NCBI GenBank assembly: GCA_031429095.1
Contig: JANOYY010000013.1
Coordinates: 13,719 to 77,718 of the forward strand
Length of the DNA: 64,000 nucleotides
Origin: Acidimicrobiia bacterium
Lineage (GTDB): Bacteria; Actinomycetota; Acidimicrobiia; Acidimicrobiales; JANYDT01
Direction: 5' to 3'
The translations under genes were made by a program, and so were the position numbers. Below the pieces are notes generated by a model, which saw nothing but the letters and a program-made list of their open reading frames with translations, was not told where the DNA came from and searched no databases. Shown here piece by piece: positions 36,757 through 45,576 of this stretch; within the stretch, counting starts at the first letter, position 1, and every line of letters starts with the position of its first letter.

Positions 36757-38010
36757 ATGGGGCCAAGCGGTCTCATCGTGGCTCGGAGCAAGGAGTCGAT
36801 CGTGCCGTCGAAGGCGAATAACACAGCGAAAAATACGTCTCGGTCAACTGTGGTGAGCAGCCCGCCAGCGAAACGTGCGTCAACGACGCCCCCTGCGAAG
36901 GTCAAGGGTTCAAAATCCCCGTCGCCGAAGGCGCAAGACCCAAAACCCATGCCGAAGCCCGCCACCGCAAAGTCGTCGGTGGCCAAAAAGGCCGTTGTTT
37001 CGAAAGTGCCGGCCAAACCGGAATTGAAACAAGCAACCGCGAAACATCCGAAGAAGGCGACGACCACCCCGGCGCCGAAAGGCACCCCCAAACCGGCGGT
37101 TCCGAAAACACCGAAAGACACTGTGGGAACGAAACCCAAAGACACAACCGCCCCTGCTCCCACGCCCAGGAAGTCGCCTGCGAAAACGCCGGTGGGAGTC
37201 CCCAAAGCCTCGAATTCGAGCCCTGTTTCGACCTCGGCCAAAAGCGCAACGAAACCGAAAACTGCGAAGGTCGCGGAAAAGCCAGCCGCGCAAGTCGTAG
37301 AACCTGTTGCGCCGAGTACGAAAGCCACGACCGGAAAGACGAAAGCCCGCAAGGGGGCAGCGTCGTCGGATTCCCTTGTCGCCGCGGTCTCGACTTCGAT
37401 CGAAGAAAGCCCGGTGACGAAAATTGACACCGCAGTAGCCGACGTTGCGCCAAAGGGAAAGAAGAAGAAGACGGCGAAATCGGTCCCCGAAGCGGCGCCC
37501 GTGGCGAGCGATCCCGAACCAGTAAAGATCATCAAGCCAAAGGCGCCTGCGCAGCCCGTGTTTGTGCCCAGACCGGTGAAGCCGGTAAAGGGACCCGCCA
37601 TCAACGCAGACGACCCCTTCGACGGCATCGATGAGTTGTCTGATGGTCAGTTCCTATGGCAACAAATCGAGCTTCTGAAGTCGGAACGAGAGCACTATCT
37701 TGCCCAGGCTGCGATGCTTCGTGCCGAAGCGGACCAACTTGCCGTCGACATGGAGCCAGGCGATGTGCAATTCGACGATGAGTCGGGTGAGGGCGCCACA
37801 ACCGGTGTCGAACGAGAGCGAGACCTCGCCATGTCAGCGAGCGCTATCGGGTTTGCCGAGGAGATAGAACGCCTCCTGTTGACTATTGAGAACGGCAGCT
37901 ACGGCTACTGCGAAAGCTGCCATAAGGCAATTGTCCGAGCCCGGTTGCGAGCCATGCCAGCGGCAACACTTTGTGTTGCATGCAAGAGTGGCGGGCTCTC
38001 CCGTCGGTGA
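36757..38010 (+). CDS. Lys/Ala/Pro-rich (histone-H1-like) protein fused to a C-terminal DksA/TraR C4 zinc finger
   Basis: About 285 aa of PAK/KKA/TPK low-complexity sequence, then a coiled coil and CESC-x17-CVAC. Immediately upstream of lspA. Confidence 0.75.
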   Translation: MGPSGLIVARSKESIVPSKANNTAKNTSRSTVVSSPPAKRASTTPPAKVKGSKSPSPKAQDPKPMPKPATAKSSVAKKAVVSKVPAKPELKQATAKHPKKATTTPAPKGTPKPAVPKTPKDTVGTKPKDTTAPAPTPRKSPAKTPVGVPKASNSSPVSTSAKSATKPKTAKVAEKPAAQVVEPVAPSTKATTGKTKARKGAASSDSLVAAVSTSIEESPVTKIDTAVADVAPKGKKKKTAKSVPEAAPVASDPEPVKIIKPKAPAQPVFVPRPVKPVKGPAINADDPFDGIDELSDGQFLWQQIELLKSEREHYLAQAAMLRAEADQLAVDMEPGDVQFDDESGEGATTGVERERDLAMSASAIGFAEEIERLLLTIENGSYGYCESCHKAIVRARLRAMPAATLCVACKSGGLSRR

Positions 38011-38507
38011 GTTCTCGTTCCCGACGAACTGCGGCCGCTGTGGTCACAGGAGTTGTCGCGACCGATCAGCTCTCGAAGCATCTGATCCTGAACAATATCG
38101 ACGCGGATGACCGCATTCACGTGGTCGGTCCGCTGCACATCGTCCGGCGTTTCAACACCGGTGGTGCGTTCAGCGTGGGAGACGGGCAAAACCTGTTCCC
38201 CTGGATTGTGTCGTTCCTTGTGTTGATCTTGGTGACTTGGTTCGTCCGCTCTCTGTTCCGACACGATCCACGCCTTCGCGGCATGTCGCTGGTCGCTCTG
38301 TCCGCCATGGTCGGCGGTGCGCTCGGAAATCAAATGGATCGACTTTTCCGGGGGCCGGGATGGAACCGTGGGGCAGTGGTTGATTTCTTGGCGACGGGCT
38401 TTTGGCCGGTATTTAACTTGGCCGACTCGGCACTTTTCTGTGGTGCCTTGACGATCGCTGCGATCGCATTCCGGAGCGCGCCGCGCTCCGGCGACAGGTC
38501 AACGTGA
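38007..38507 (+). CDS. lspA: Lipoprotein signal peptidase II
   Basis: TDQLSKHLI, NTGGAFS, VVDFL and FNLADS motifs. The GTG at 38007 overlaps (GTGA) the upstream stop. Confidence 0.9.
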   Translation: MSSRSRRTAAAVVTGVVATDQLSKHLILNNIDADDRIHVVGPLHIVRRFNTGGAFSVGDGQNLFPWIVSFLVLILVTWFVRSLFRHDPRLRGMSLVALSAMVGGALGNQMDRLFRGPGWNRGAVVDFLATGFWPVFNLADSALFCGALTIAAIAFRSAPRSGDRST

Positions 38508-39445
38508 CCGGTCCGGCGATCCATGCCGTCATCTCCGAGGCTCTCGACGGGGAGCGGATCGACCGAGTCGTTGCGGTGCTCGCCAATTTGACCCGTGCCG
38601 ATGCGACGTTGCTCGTGGAGACCGGAAGCGTGCAGGTCACCAACACCGTGGTCGTACGACGCAGCGTTCGAGTTCACCTCGGCGACGAGATTGTGATCCA
38701 AGTTCCCGAACTCGAAGTTCGCCGTGGCCTGACCGGCGATCCATCGGTCGATTTCGATGTTGTCTATGAAGACGAAAGCTTGATCGTTGTCAATAAGCAC
38801 TCAGATCTTGTCGTGCATCCGGGCGCGGGAAACCAGACCGGAACGCTTGTCCACGGACTTCTCGCTCGATTCCCAGAGCTTGCAGAACTTGCGGTAGGCA
38901 GCCAGGCGGACCGTCCGGGTATCGTCCATCGTCTTGACAAAGGTACGAGCGGCCTTCTCATGGTCGGTCGCACGCAGGAGGCGGTAAACAACCTCATCGC
39001 ACAACTAAGCGCACGTACGGTGTCTCGGCACTACCTTGCGCTTGCCCGTGGAAGATTTGCCGCCCGGAGTGGCGTGATCGACGCCGCGGTTGGCCGGAGC
39101 GATTCCGATCCAACCCGGATGACGGTGACGGCAAGTGGCAAAGAGGCCATAACTCATTACCGAGTCGAAAAGATCTTCGGCCTACCCGAGCCGGCCACGC
39201 TGGTCGAGTGTTGGCTTGAGACCGGTCGCACCCACCAGATTCGGGTTCATCTCTCCGCAATCGGCCATCCAATTGTGGGTGATCCTCGATATGGGGGATC
39301 GCGCGGCGCAATCCGTTCGCCGAGGCTGTGGCTGCACGCGTTTTCTCTTCGCTTTCGCCACCCGACCTCGGGCGAGGAAGTCTTCTTCGAGGCGCCAGTC
39401 CCCACAGAACTCGAAGACGTCCTTGCGCAGTTCGTTGCCGACTGA
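38504..39445 (+). CDS. rluD: RluA-family 23S rRNA pseudouridine synthase
   Basis: S4-like N-terminus, HRLDKGTSGLL catalytic Asp motif and TGRTHQIRVH. Confidence 0.9.
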   Translation: MTGPAIHAVISEALDGERIDRVVAVLANLTRADATLLVETGSVQVTNTVVVRRSVRVHLGDEIVIQVPELEVRRGLTGDPSVDFDVVYEDESLIVVNKHSDLVVHPGAGNQTGTLVHGLLARFPELAELAVGSQADRPGIVHRLDKGTSGLLMVGRTQEAVNNLIAQLSARTVSRHYLALARGRFAARSGVIDAAVGRSDSDPTRMTVTASGKEAITHYRVEKIFGLPEPATLVECWLETGRTHQIRVHLSAIGHPIVGDPRYGGSRGAIRSPRLWLHAFSLRFRHPTSGEEVFFEAPVPTELEDVLAQFVAD

Positions 39446-39480
39446 CATCCACGCACACGCCAAAGGTGGGTACGCAGTGC

Positions 39481-39936
39481 TCAGTGGTGATCGATAACCG
39501 GGGCCGGCGGTACCGGCATTCCGTTCGCGCGTTGCACCATTTGGGCAAGCGTGTGCGCCTGAAGGTGCATACGCATGTGCCCGCCAACGTCGTTCCAAAC
39601 AGCAAGCAACACGCATTGCCCCTCATGGTCACAGGCTCCGTCTTTATGGGGTAGCCCAAAGTCGCCGAGTTGGATCGGTCCGTCGACGGCGCTGACGATC
39701 TCGGCGAGGGTCACTTCTTCTGTTGGCCGGGCGAGGACGTAACCGCCTCCGACGCCGCGTTTGGACCGGACCAGACCTGCACCCTTGAGCGCCAAAAGGA
39801 TCTGCTCCAGATATGGCTGGGGGAGGCCGGTGCGTAAGGCAATATCGCGGACGGACTGAGTTGGGGAGTCCTCGACGTGCAGAGCCATCGAAAGCAGCGC
39901 ACGGCACGCATAGTCCCCTCGAGTCGATACGCGCAT
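39481..39936 (-). CDS. Rrf2-family transcriptional regulator
   Basis: MRVSTRGDYACRALL, the wHTH SVRDIALRTGLPQPYLEQILLALKGAGLVRSKRGVGGGY, and C-x5-C at GACDHEGQC. Confidence 0.88.
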   Translation of the reverse strand: MRVSTRGDYACRALLSMALHVEDSPTQSVRDIALRTGLPQPYLEQILLALKGAGLVRSKRGVGGGYVLARPTEEVTLAEIVSAVDGPIQLGDFGLPHKDGACDHEGQCVLLAVWNDVGGHMRMHLQAHTLAQMVQRANGMPVPPAPVIDHH

Positions 39937-40042
39937 ACCGCCAGCCTACCGGCAGACCGGGTACGGGTGGAGGCGCCTGCAAGAGAATCGGTGTCGGAGC
40001 AAAGGTACGCCGTGGCGCCGGATTCAGGGAAGAATAGGAGCC

Positions 40043-40591
40043 ATGTCGCCTGACTCTGCACGTGAATCAATTCCCGCCGACGCAGTCGTGATCGTCGACG
40101 CGTCACCTACCGTTTCGTCGGATTCCGAATCATCGCCTCAGGAAACGGTTTCCGAGCCGGGCAAGGTAATGCGCATCGGCTCGATGATCAAACAGCTGCT
40201 CGAAGAGGTCCGTCAAGCACCCCTCGATGAGAAGTCGCGAGCTCGACTGCGCAATGTTTTTGATCGTTCTGTGGCCGAACTTTCGTCGGCGCTTTCCGCT
40301 GACCTCGAAGTTGAGCTGCGATCGCTGGCCCTTCCCTTCGCCGACGGCGAGGTACCCAGTGAGTCCGAACTGCGAATTGCCCAGGCCCAACTCGTGGGTT
40401 GGCTCGAAGGCCTGTTTCACGGGATTCAGGCCACCCTCTTTGCCCAGCAGATGGCGGCACAAGCGCAACTTCAGCAGATGCGCGGTGGCGATCCCCGGGG
40501 CTTGCCACCGGGGATGGCACCGGGGATCGCCACCGCCGGCTCCCCGCAGGGCGCAGAGAACCGCGTTGGCGGCGGTGGGACCTACCTGTAG
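40043..40591 (+). CDS. bpa: Bacterial proteasome activator Bpa/PafE
   Basis: KVMRIGSMIKQLLEEVRQAPLDE and ELRIAQAQLVGWLEGLFHGIQATLFAQQMAAQAQLQQMR match my recollection of M. tuberculosis Rv3780. The C-terminus is GGGTYL, against canonical GQYL. Confidence 0.88.
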   Translation: MSPDSARESIPADAVVIVDASPTVSSDSESSPQETVSEPGKVMRIGSMIKQLLEEVRQAPLDEKSRARLRNVFDRSVAELSSALSADLEVELRSLALPFADGEVPSESELRIAQAQLVGWLEGLFHGIQATLFAQQMAAQAQLQQMRGGDPRGLPPGMAPGIATAGSPQGAENRVGGGGTYL

Positions 40592-40705
40592 TTCGCCCTC
40601 GGCCCGGTTCGGGTCCCGTGGCCCAGCGGCGGTCGTGCGGCGAAGAACGTGTTGGCGCGGTAACTTCATGAATTACACAGACGTGCTTCTGCGATCAGAA
40701 AATCG

Positions 40706-43700
40706 ATGCCCTCCTCCTTCACCCATCTGCACCTGCATACCGAATACTCGATGCTTGACGGAGCGGCGCGCATCGAGGAGGTCATTGCCGCGGCGCGTGC
40801 CGACGGTCAGCCCGCGATCGGGATTACCGATCACGGAAACATGTACGGGGTCTTGGACTTCTACAAAGCCGCGAACAAGCTCGGTATAAAACCCATTATC
40901 GGTACCGAGGCCTACATGGCCGGGGAATCAAGAACGGAGCGTCCGGTTCGTCGTGGACGCCTCGACGATGGGGACCAGGGTGAGGGCGAAAAGCTCTATT
41001 ACCACCTGACGTTGCTCGCCGAGACAACCCAGGGGTATCGCAACCTCATGAAGCTCTCGTCGAGGGCCTACCTCGAGGGTTATTACTACAAGCCGCGTCT
41101 GGATTGGGAGTTGCTCGACGAGCTCCACGACGGGATCATTGCAACGACGGGATGCCTCGGCGGCCAGGTACTCCAGGCCCTGCTGAAGGGTGACAAGAAG
41201 GGTGCGCTGGCGAAAGCCGCACGCCTTCAGGACATTTTTGGACGCGACAATCTTTTCGTCGAGATCCAAGATCACGGTATCGCCGCCCAACACGAAACCA
41301 ACCCCCAACTCATTGAGATTGCCCGCAAGCTGAAAGCACCGCTTCTCGCAACCAACGACAGCCACTACACGAATCGCGAAGACCACGTCGCCCACGACGC
41401 GTTGCTCTGTGTGCAGACCGGCGCACTGATCAGCGACCCGAAGCGGTTCAAGTTCGAAGGCGACCAGCACTATCTCAAGTCCGCCGCTGAAATGCGCCAA
41501 CTCTTTCGGCACTGGGAATCTGCCTGCGACAACACATTATGGATCGCCGAGCGTGCACAGGTGGAGATCGAGTTCGGACGCACCGAGCTTCCCGACTTTC
41601 CACTTCCGGAAGGGTTCGAAAATGACCGCGAGTACTTGCGCCACCTGGTCTACCTCGGAGCGCGTGAACGATACAGCGAGATCACCGAACAAATACGTGA
41701 ACGTATTGATTTCGAATTAGGTGTTATCGACAACATGGGCTTCAACGCCTACTTCCTCGTTGTGTGGGATCTCATCCGCTTCGCCCGTGAAGAGAAGATT
41801 CGCGTTGGTCCCGGACGAGGAAGCGCTGCCGGGTCGGCAGTGAGCTATTGCCTTCGAATCGTGGACCTCGACCCAATTCGCTACGACCTGCTGTTCGAAC
41901 GCTTTCTCAATCCTGGGCGCAAGCAGATGCCCGATATCGATATGGACTTCGACGATCGATATCGGTCCCGGATGATCGAATATGCATCGAAGCGTTACGG
42001 CTGGGATCACGTTGCGCAGATCGTTACCTTCTCCACTATTAAAGCGCGAGCGGCGGTCCGCGACGCAGCGCGAGTGCTCGGTTACCCATACGGGCTGGGG
42101 GACCGAGTTGCGAAAGCGATGCCTCCCCTGGTGATGGGACGCGATACGCCCCTCTATGCGTGCTTAACACCTCATCCGAAATACGAAGACGGATACAAGA
42201 TGGCTGCGGATCTCCGCGCCATGTATGAATCCGACCCCGACGTCCGACAGGTAGTGGATGTTGCGAAGGGGCTGGAGGGCCTGCGTCGACAAGACGGAAT
42301 CCATGCCGCAGCAGTAGTGATTACGCGTCAAGGCCTCATGGAGTACCTGCCGATTCAGCGAAAGCCGGAACCGGGGGGAAGCATCGATAACGCGCCAATC
42401 GTCACGCAGTACGAAATGCACGGCGTGGAAGAACTTGGCCTCCTCAAGATGGACTTCCTTGGCCTGCGAAACCTGAGCGTGATCGACCGCGCACTCGAAC
42501 TGATTATGCAGTCTCGTGGGATCCAGCTCGATATCGACAACGTCGACCTCGAAGACACCAAGACCTTTGAGATGCTCAAGCGAGGCGACTCGATCGGCGT
42601 GTTCCAGCTCGAAGGTGGCCCCATGCGGGCGCTTATGCGCTCACTGGAACCGACCGTCTTCGGTGACATTGCCGCGCTCGTTGCGCTCTATCGACCTGGC
42701 CCGATGGCGGCCAACATGCACAACGATTTCGCCGATGTGAAGAACGGACGCAAACCGCTGACGTACTTCCATCCAGATGCCGAAGAAGTGCTCAAAGACA
42801 CGTACGGCTTGATGATTTATCAAGAATCGATGATGCGAGTGGCCCAGAAGTTCGCTGGCTATTCCCTCGAACAGGCTGACAACCTTCGCAAGGCGGCGGG
42901 GAAAAAGATCCGCGAGGTCATGGCGAAGGAGCGACAAAGCTTCGAAGACGGATGTGAGGCGACGGGCTACGGACGCGAGCTCGGCAAAAAGATCTTCGAC
43001 ATCATCGAGCCGTTTGCCGACTATGCATTCAACAAGAGCCACAGCTACGGATATGGCTTCATCAGCTACCAGACCGCGTACCTCAAAGCGAACTATCCGG
43101 CCGAATACCTTGCCGCACTCCTGACCAGTTCGCGTGACGACAAAGACAAAACGGCGGTGTACCTTGCCGAAGCTCGCAACTCCAACATCACGGTCACGGT
43201 TCCCGACGTGAATTCGTCGTTCAGCGATTTTGCCACGACTGTTCGCGACGGTGGCCCCATCATCTTGTTCGGGATGTCCGCTGTTCGAAACGTCGGTGAG
43301 GGGATCGTTCGGCCGATCGTAGAGGAACGCGAAAAGAATGGTCCGTACACAGACTTTCTCGACTTTTGCTTTCGCGTTGAGCCAAGCGTCCTGAACAAGC
43401 GAGCGATCGAGTCACTGATCAAAGGCGGCGGATTCGATTCGTTGGGGCACACTCGCCGATCACTCATGCTGGTGCATGAAGAGATCGTGGACTTAGCAGT
43501 TCAGGATTATCGCGATCGAAACAACCCGCAGATTTCGATGTTCGACATGCTGTCTTCCGATGAATCCGCAAGCGGGTCCGGCGCGATGGACGGAAGTCGC
43601 CGGGCCGACGCCGAACGAATTGTAATGACCATCTCGGCCTCGTCATCGGGTACCGAATGGCCGAAGGAAGAACGACTCCGGTTCGAGAAAGAGATGCTGG

Positions 43701-44308
43701 GGCTCTACGTGAGCGATCATCCGCTGCTCGGGGCCCAAGCCGCCCTTCGGAGGGCCGCTGACTGCTCGATCCGTGAACTGCGCGAGGGAACATTCCCCAA
43801 GAGCGAAGGAGGGGGCCGCGACGGGGCACCAACCAAGACGGTTGGCGGAGTCATAACTGCGCTTACGAAGAAGTACACCAAAAAGGGTGAACTCATGGCG
43901 GTATTTACGCTCGAAGACCTCGAATCGGCGATCGAGGTTATGGTCTTCCCAAAAACGATGAGCGAGATCGGGTACATGATCACCGACGACGCCCTGGTGC
44001 TCATACGTGCTCGAATCGACGACCGCGACGACATCCCGAAATTGATCGCAATGGATATCAAGCGTCTTGAGATCAATATCGACGGTGGCGGACCGCCGAT
44101 TCGGATCCAGCTTCCCGAACGCGGTACACGACCCGCCATTTTGACCGAACTTCGCGAAATCCTTTGTATGTACCCAGGAGATTCCGAAGTGTTCATACAT
44201 TTCGGGCGCCAGATTCTTCGGCTCTCCGCCGAGTTCAACGTCGAAGCTTCCGCGCGTCTGCTGTCGGAAATCCGAGTGTTGCTCGGGCCCGACGCGGTCG
44301 TCGTTTGA
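40706..44308 (+). CDS. dnaE: DNA polymerase III alpha subunit (DnaE1-type, PHP domain intact)
   Basis: FTHLHLHTEYSMLDGA PHP motif, PDIDMDF and GLLKMDFLGLRNL; 1200 aa. Confidence 0.96.
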   Translation: MPSSFTHLHLHTEYSMLDGAARIEEVIAAARADGQPAIGITDHGNMYGVLDFYKAANKLGIKPIIGTEAYMAGESRTERPVRRGRLDDGDQGEGEKLYYHLTLLAETTQGYRNLMKLSSRAYLEGYYYKPRLDWELLDELHDGIIATTGCLGGQVLQALLKGDKKGALAKAARLQDIFGRDNLFVEIQDHGIAAQHETNPQLIEIARKLKAPLLATNDSHYTNREDHVAHDALLCVQTGALISDPKRFKFEGDQHYLKSAAEMRQLFRHWESACDNTLWIAERAQVEIEFGRTELPDFPLPEGFENDREYLRHLVYLGARERYSEITEQIRERIDFELGVIDNMGFNAYFLVVWDLIRFAREEKIRVGPGRGSAAGSAVSYCLRIVDLDPIRYDLLFERFLNPGRKQMPDIDMDFDDRYRSRMIEYASKRYGWDHVAQIVTFSTIKARAAVRDAARVLGYPYGLGDRVAKAMPPLVMGRDTPLYACLTPHPKYEDGYKMAADLRAMYESDPDVRQVVDVAKGLEGLRRQDGIHAAAVVITRQGLMEYLPIQRKPEPGGSIDNAPIVTQYEMHGVEELGLLKMDFLGLRNLSVIDRALELIMQSRGIQLDIDNVDLEDTKTFEMLKRGDSIGVFQLEGGPMRALMRSLEPTVFGDIAALVALYRPGPMAANMHNDFADVKNGRKPLTYFHPDAEEVLKDTYGLMIYQESMMRVAQKFAGYSLEQADNLRKAAGKKIREVMAKERQSFEDGCEATGYGRELGKKIFDIIEPFADYAFNKSHSYGYGFISYQTAYLKANYPAEYLAALLTSSRDDKDKTAVYLAEARNSNITVTVPDVNSSFSDFATTVRDGGPIILFGMSAVRNVGEGIVRPIVEEREKNGPYTDFLDFCFRVEPSVLNKRAIESLIKGGGFDSLGHTRRSLMLVHEEIVDLAVQDYRDRNNPQISMFDMLSSDESASGSGAMDGSRRADAERIVMTISASSSGTEWPKEERLRFEKEMLGLYVSDHPLLGAQAALRRAADCSIRELREGTFPKSEGGGRDGAPTKTVGGVITALTKKYTKKGELMAVFTLEDLESAIEVMVFPKTMSEIGYMITDDALVLIRARIDDRDDIPKLIAMDIKRLEINIDGGGPPIRIQLPERGTRPAILTELREILCMYPGDSEVFIHFGRQILRLSAEFNVEASARLLSEIRVLLGPDAVVV

Positions 44309-44315
44309 GCGTTTC

Positions 44316-45173
44316 TTAGCAGGACCGAGGCAGCAGGTTCAGAGCCTCCTCGACGCCGGGCTGCCAAGCCTTGGCGAACAACTCTCCGCCATTCAATGAG
44401 AAGTGGACCCCGTCGACGGTGTCCTTCGCCGCGTTGAATCCGGCCGCCAACAGTCGTTTTGCCGTGTCGCCGTAAACAACTCGATCGTGCGGATCAGCGT
44501 TCCCGGCTGCACTTGCTGCTGCGTTCACACCTTTGTTCACGTTGGTCGAGGTTGGATCGTAGATCGACGGTGGAATATCGCCGACCACGAGGACTGCATT
44601 GGGCGCGAGTCCGCGAATCTTCTTTATGAGAGCAGTCAACTTACGTGGCGCTTCCGTTATCCAGGTTCCGCCACCGGCAATATCGTTCGTTCCGATGGTC
44701 AAGAGAATGATTTGTGGCTTCGCCGCCGGAATCCACCTGTCAAGATTTTCGAACAGGTTGGACTTCTCGCCCCGGTCGTCTAGGCGGGCATCGGGGCCAA
44801 TTGTGAAACCTCCGTGACCCTCCCCATCGGCATCTCCGCCGATGGTCGGCGCCCAACTCGCCGATCCCACGAAATCGACGTCGAGTCTGAGGGAAACAAG
44901 ATTTCGAAACAGCGGACCCCGGTACGAGTCTGGAAACGCCGTAAGAGAGTCGCCCAGGGGCATTATCCGAATTTTGGAACACCGACTCGATGGTCGTGTC
45001 GTCGGGGCAGGTTTCACGACCGCAGCGAGTTTGCGTCGCGCCGGGCGCGTTGACTTGGTAGTCGCTTGTGTCAGCGGGGTGGTTGACACCGTAAGAACCC
45101 CGATCACGAGAATCACTTTGGCGACGATCGCCCGCTTCGGGCACCACGACAGAGGGGCCGGGGAAGGAACCAT
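44316..45173 (-). CDS. Secreted or membrane-anchored SGNH/GDSL hydrolase
   Basis: IMPLGDSLT (block I Ser), GTNDI (block III) and DGVHFS (block V) motifs with an N-terminal hydrophobic anchor. Confidence 0.8.
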   Translation of the reverse strand: MVPSPAPLSWCPKRAIVAKVILVIGVLTVSTTPLTQATTKSTRPARRKLAAVVKPAPTTRPSSRCSKIRIMPLGDSLTAFPDSYRGPLFRNLVSLRLDVDFVGSASWAPTIGGDADGEGHGGFTIGPDARLDDRGEKSNLFENLDRWIPAAKPQIILLTIGTNDIAGGGTWITEAPRKLTALIKKIRGLAPNAVLVVGDIPPSIYDPTSTNVNKGVNAAASAAGNADPHDRVVYGDTAKRLLAAGFNAAKDTVDGVHFSLNGGELFAKAWQPGVEEALNLLPRSC

Positions 45174-45405
45174 CGTGGAAGGCTAACCCGAAGGCATCGG
45201 AACGGAAAGAGACTCGTCCTCGAAATGGCAGAACCGCCATTTCTTTTGGGCTGATTCCCACGCCGCGGCCACCCGTACGTATCGACGTGGCGCTTCTCAA
45301 GTGCCTTCGTGGCGAAGCCGAAGTAGTACGTGGAGATCCACGACAGACTGTGGTGGAGGGCCTCCCGATGCTGAGCGAATACTTGACACCCACCAGGCAG
45401 GGCTG

Positions 45406-45576
45406 ATGACCGGCAAGTTACTGTTCCTGTCATTGATGATTGCCATCATCGTGCTTCCGACGCGGCTCTCAAAAGGGGACGTCCGAAAAGGCCCGCGCCG
45501 GGTGGTCTCGCTCTATCTCTTCGCCTGTGTCGCCTACTACGCCACGCTGCGTTTCGTAATCCCCAGAGTTGCATGA
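45406..45576 (+). CDS. Possible 56-aa two-TM micro-protein, translationally coupled to the Wzy-like gene
   Basis: MTGKLLFLSLMIAIIVLP...VVSLYLFACVAYYATLRFVI. Its stop overlaps (ATGA at 45573-45576) the start of the next ORF. Confidence 0.3.
   Translation: MTGKLLFLSLMIAIIVLPTRLSKGDVRKGPRRVVSLYLFACVAYYATLRFVIPRVA

Noticed and set aside
36633-37628. 331-aa minus-strand ORF rich in Gly/Ala/Phe/Thr
   Set aside because: It is antisense to the Lys/Ala/Pro-rich N-terminus of the DksA-like protein. The low-complexity repeat keeps the opposite frame open. The plus-strand frame continues into a bona fide zinc-finger domain and is GTGA-coupled to lspA.
39481-39936. Rrf2 regulator with only a C-x5-C pair instead of the three-Cys cluster of IscR/NsrR
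   Set aside because: I noted this as a possible sign of a non-Fe-S or atypically ligated Rrf2. Many Rrf2 members lack the full Cys set, and I cannot align it reliably by eye.
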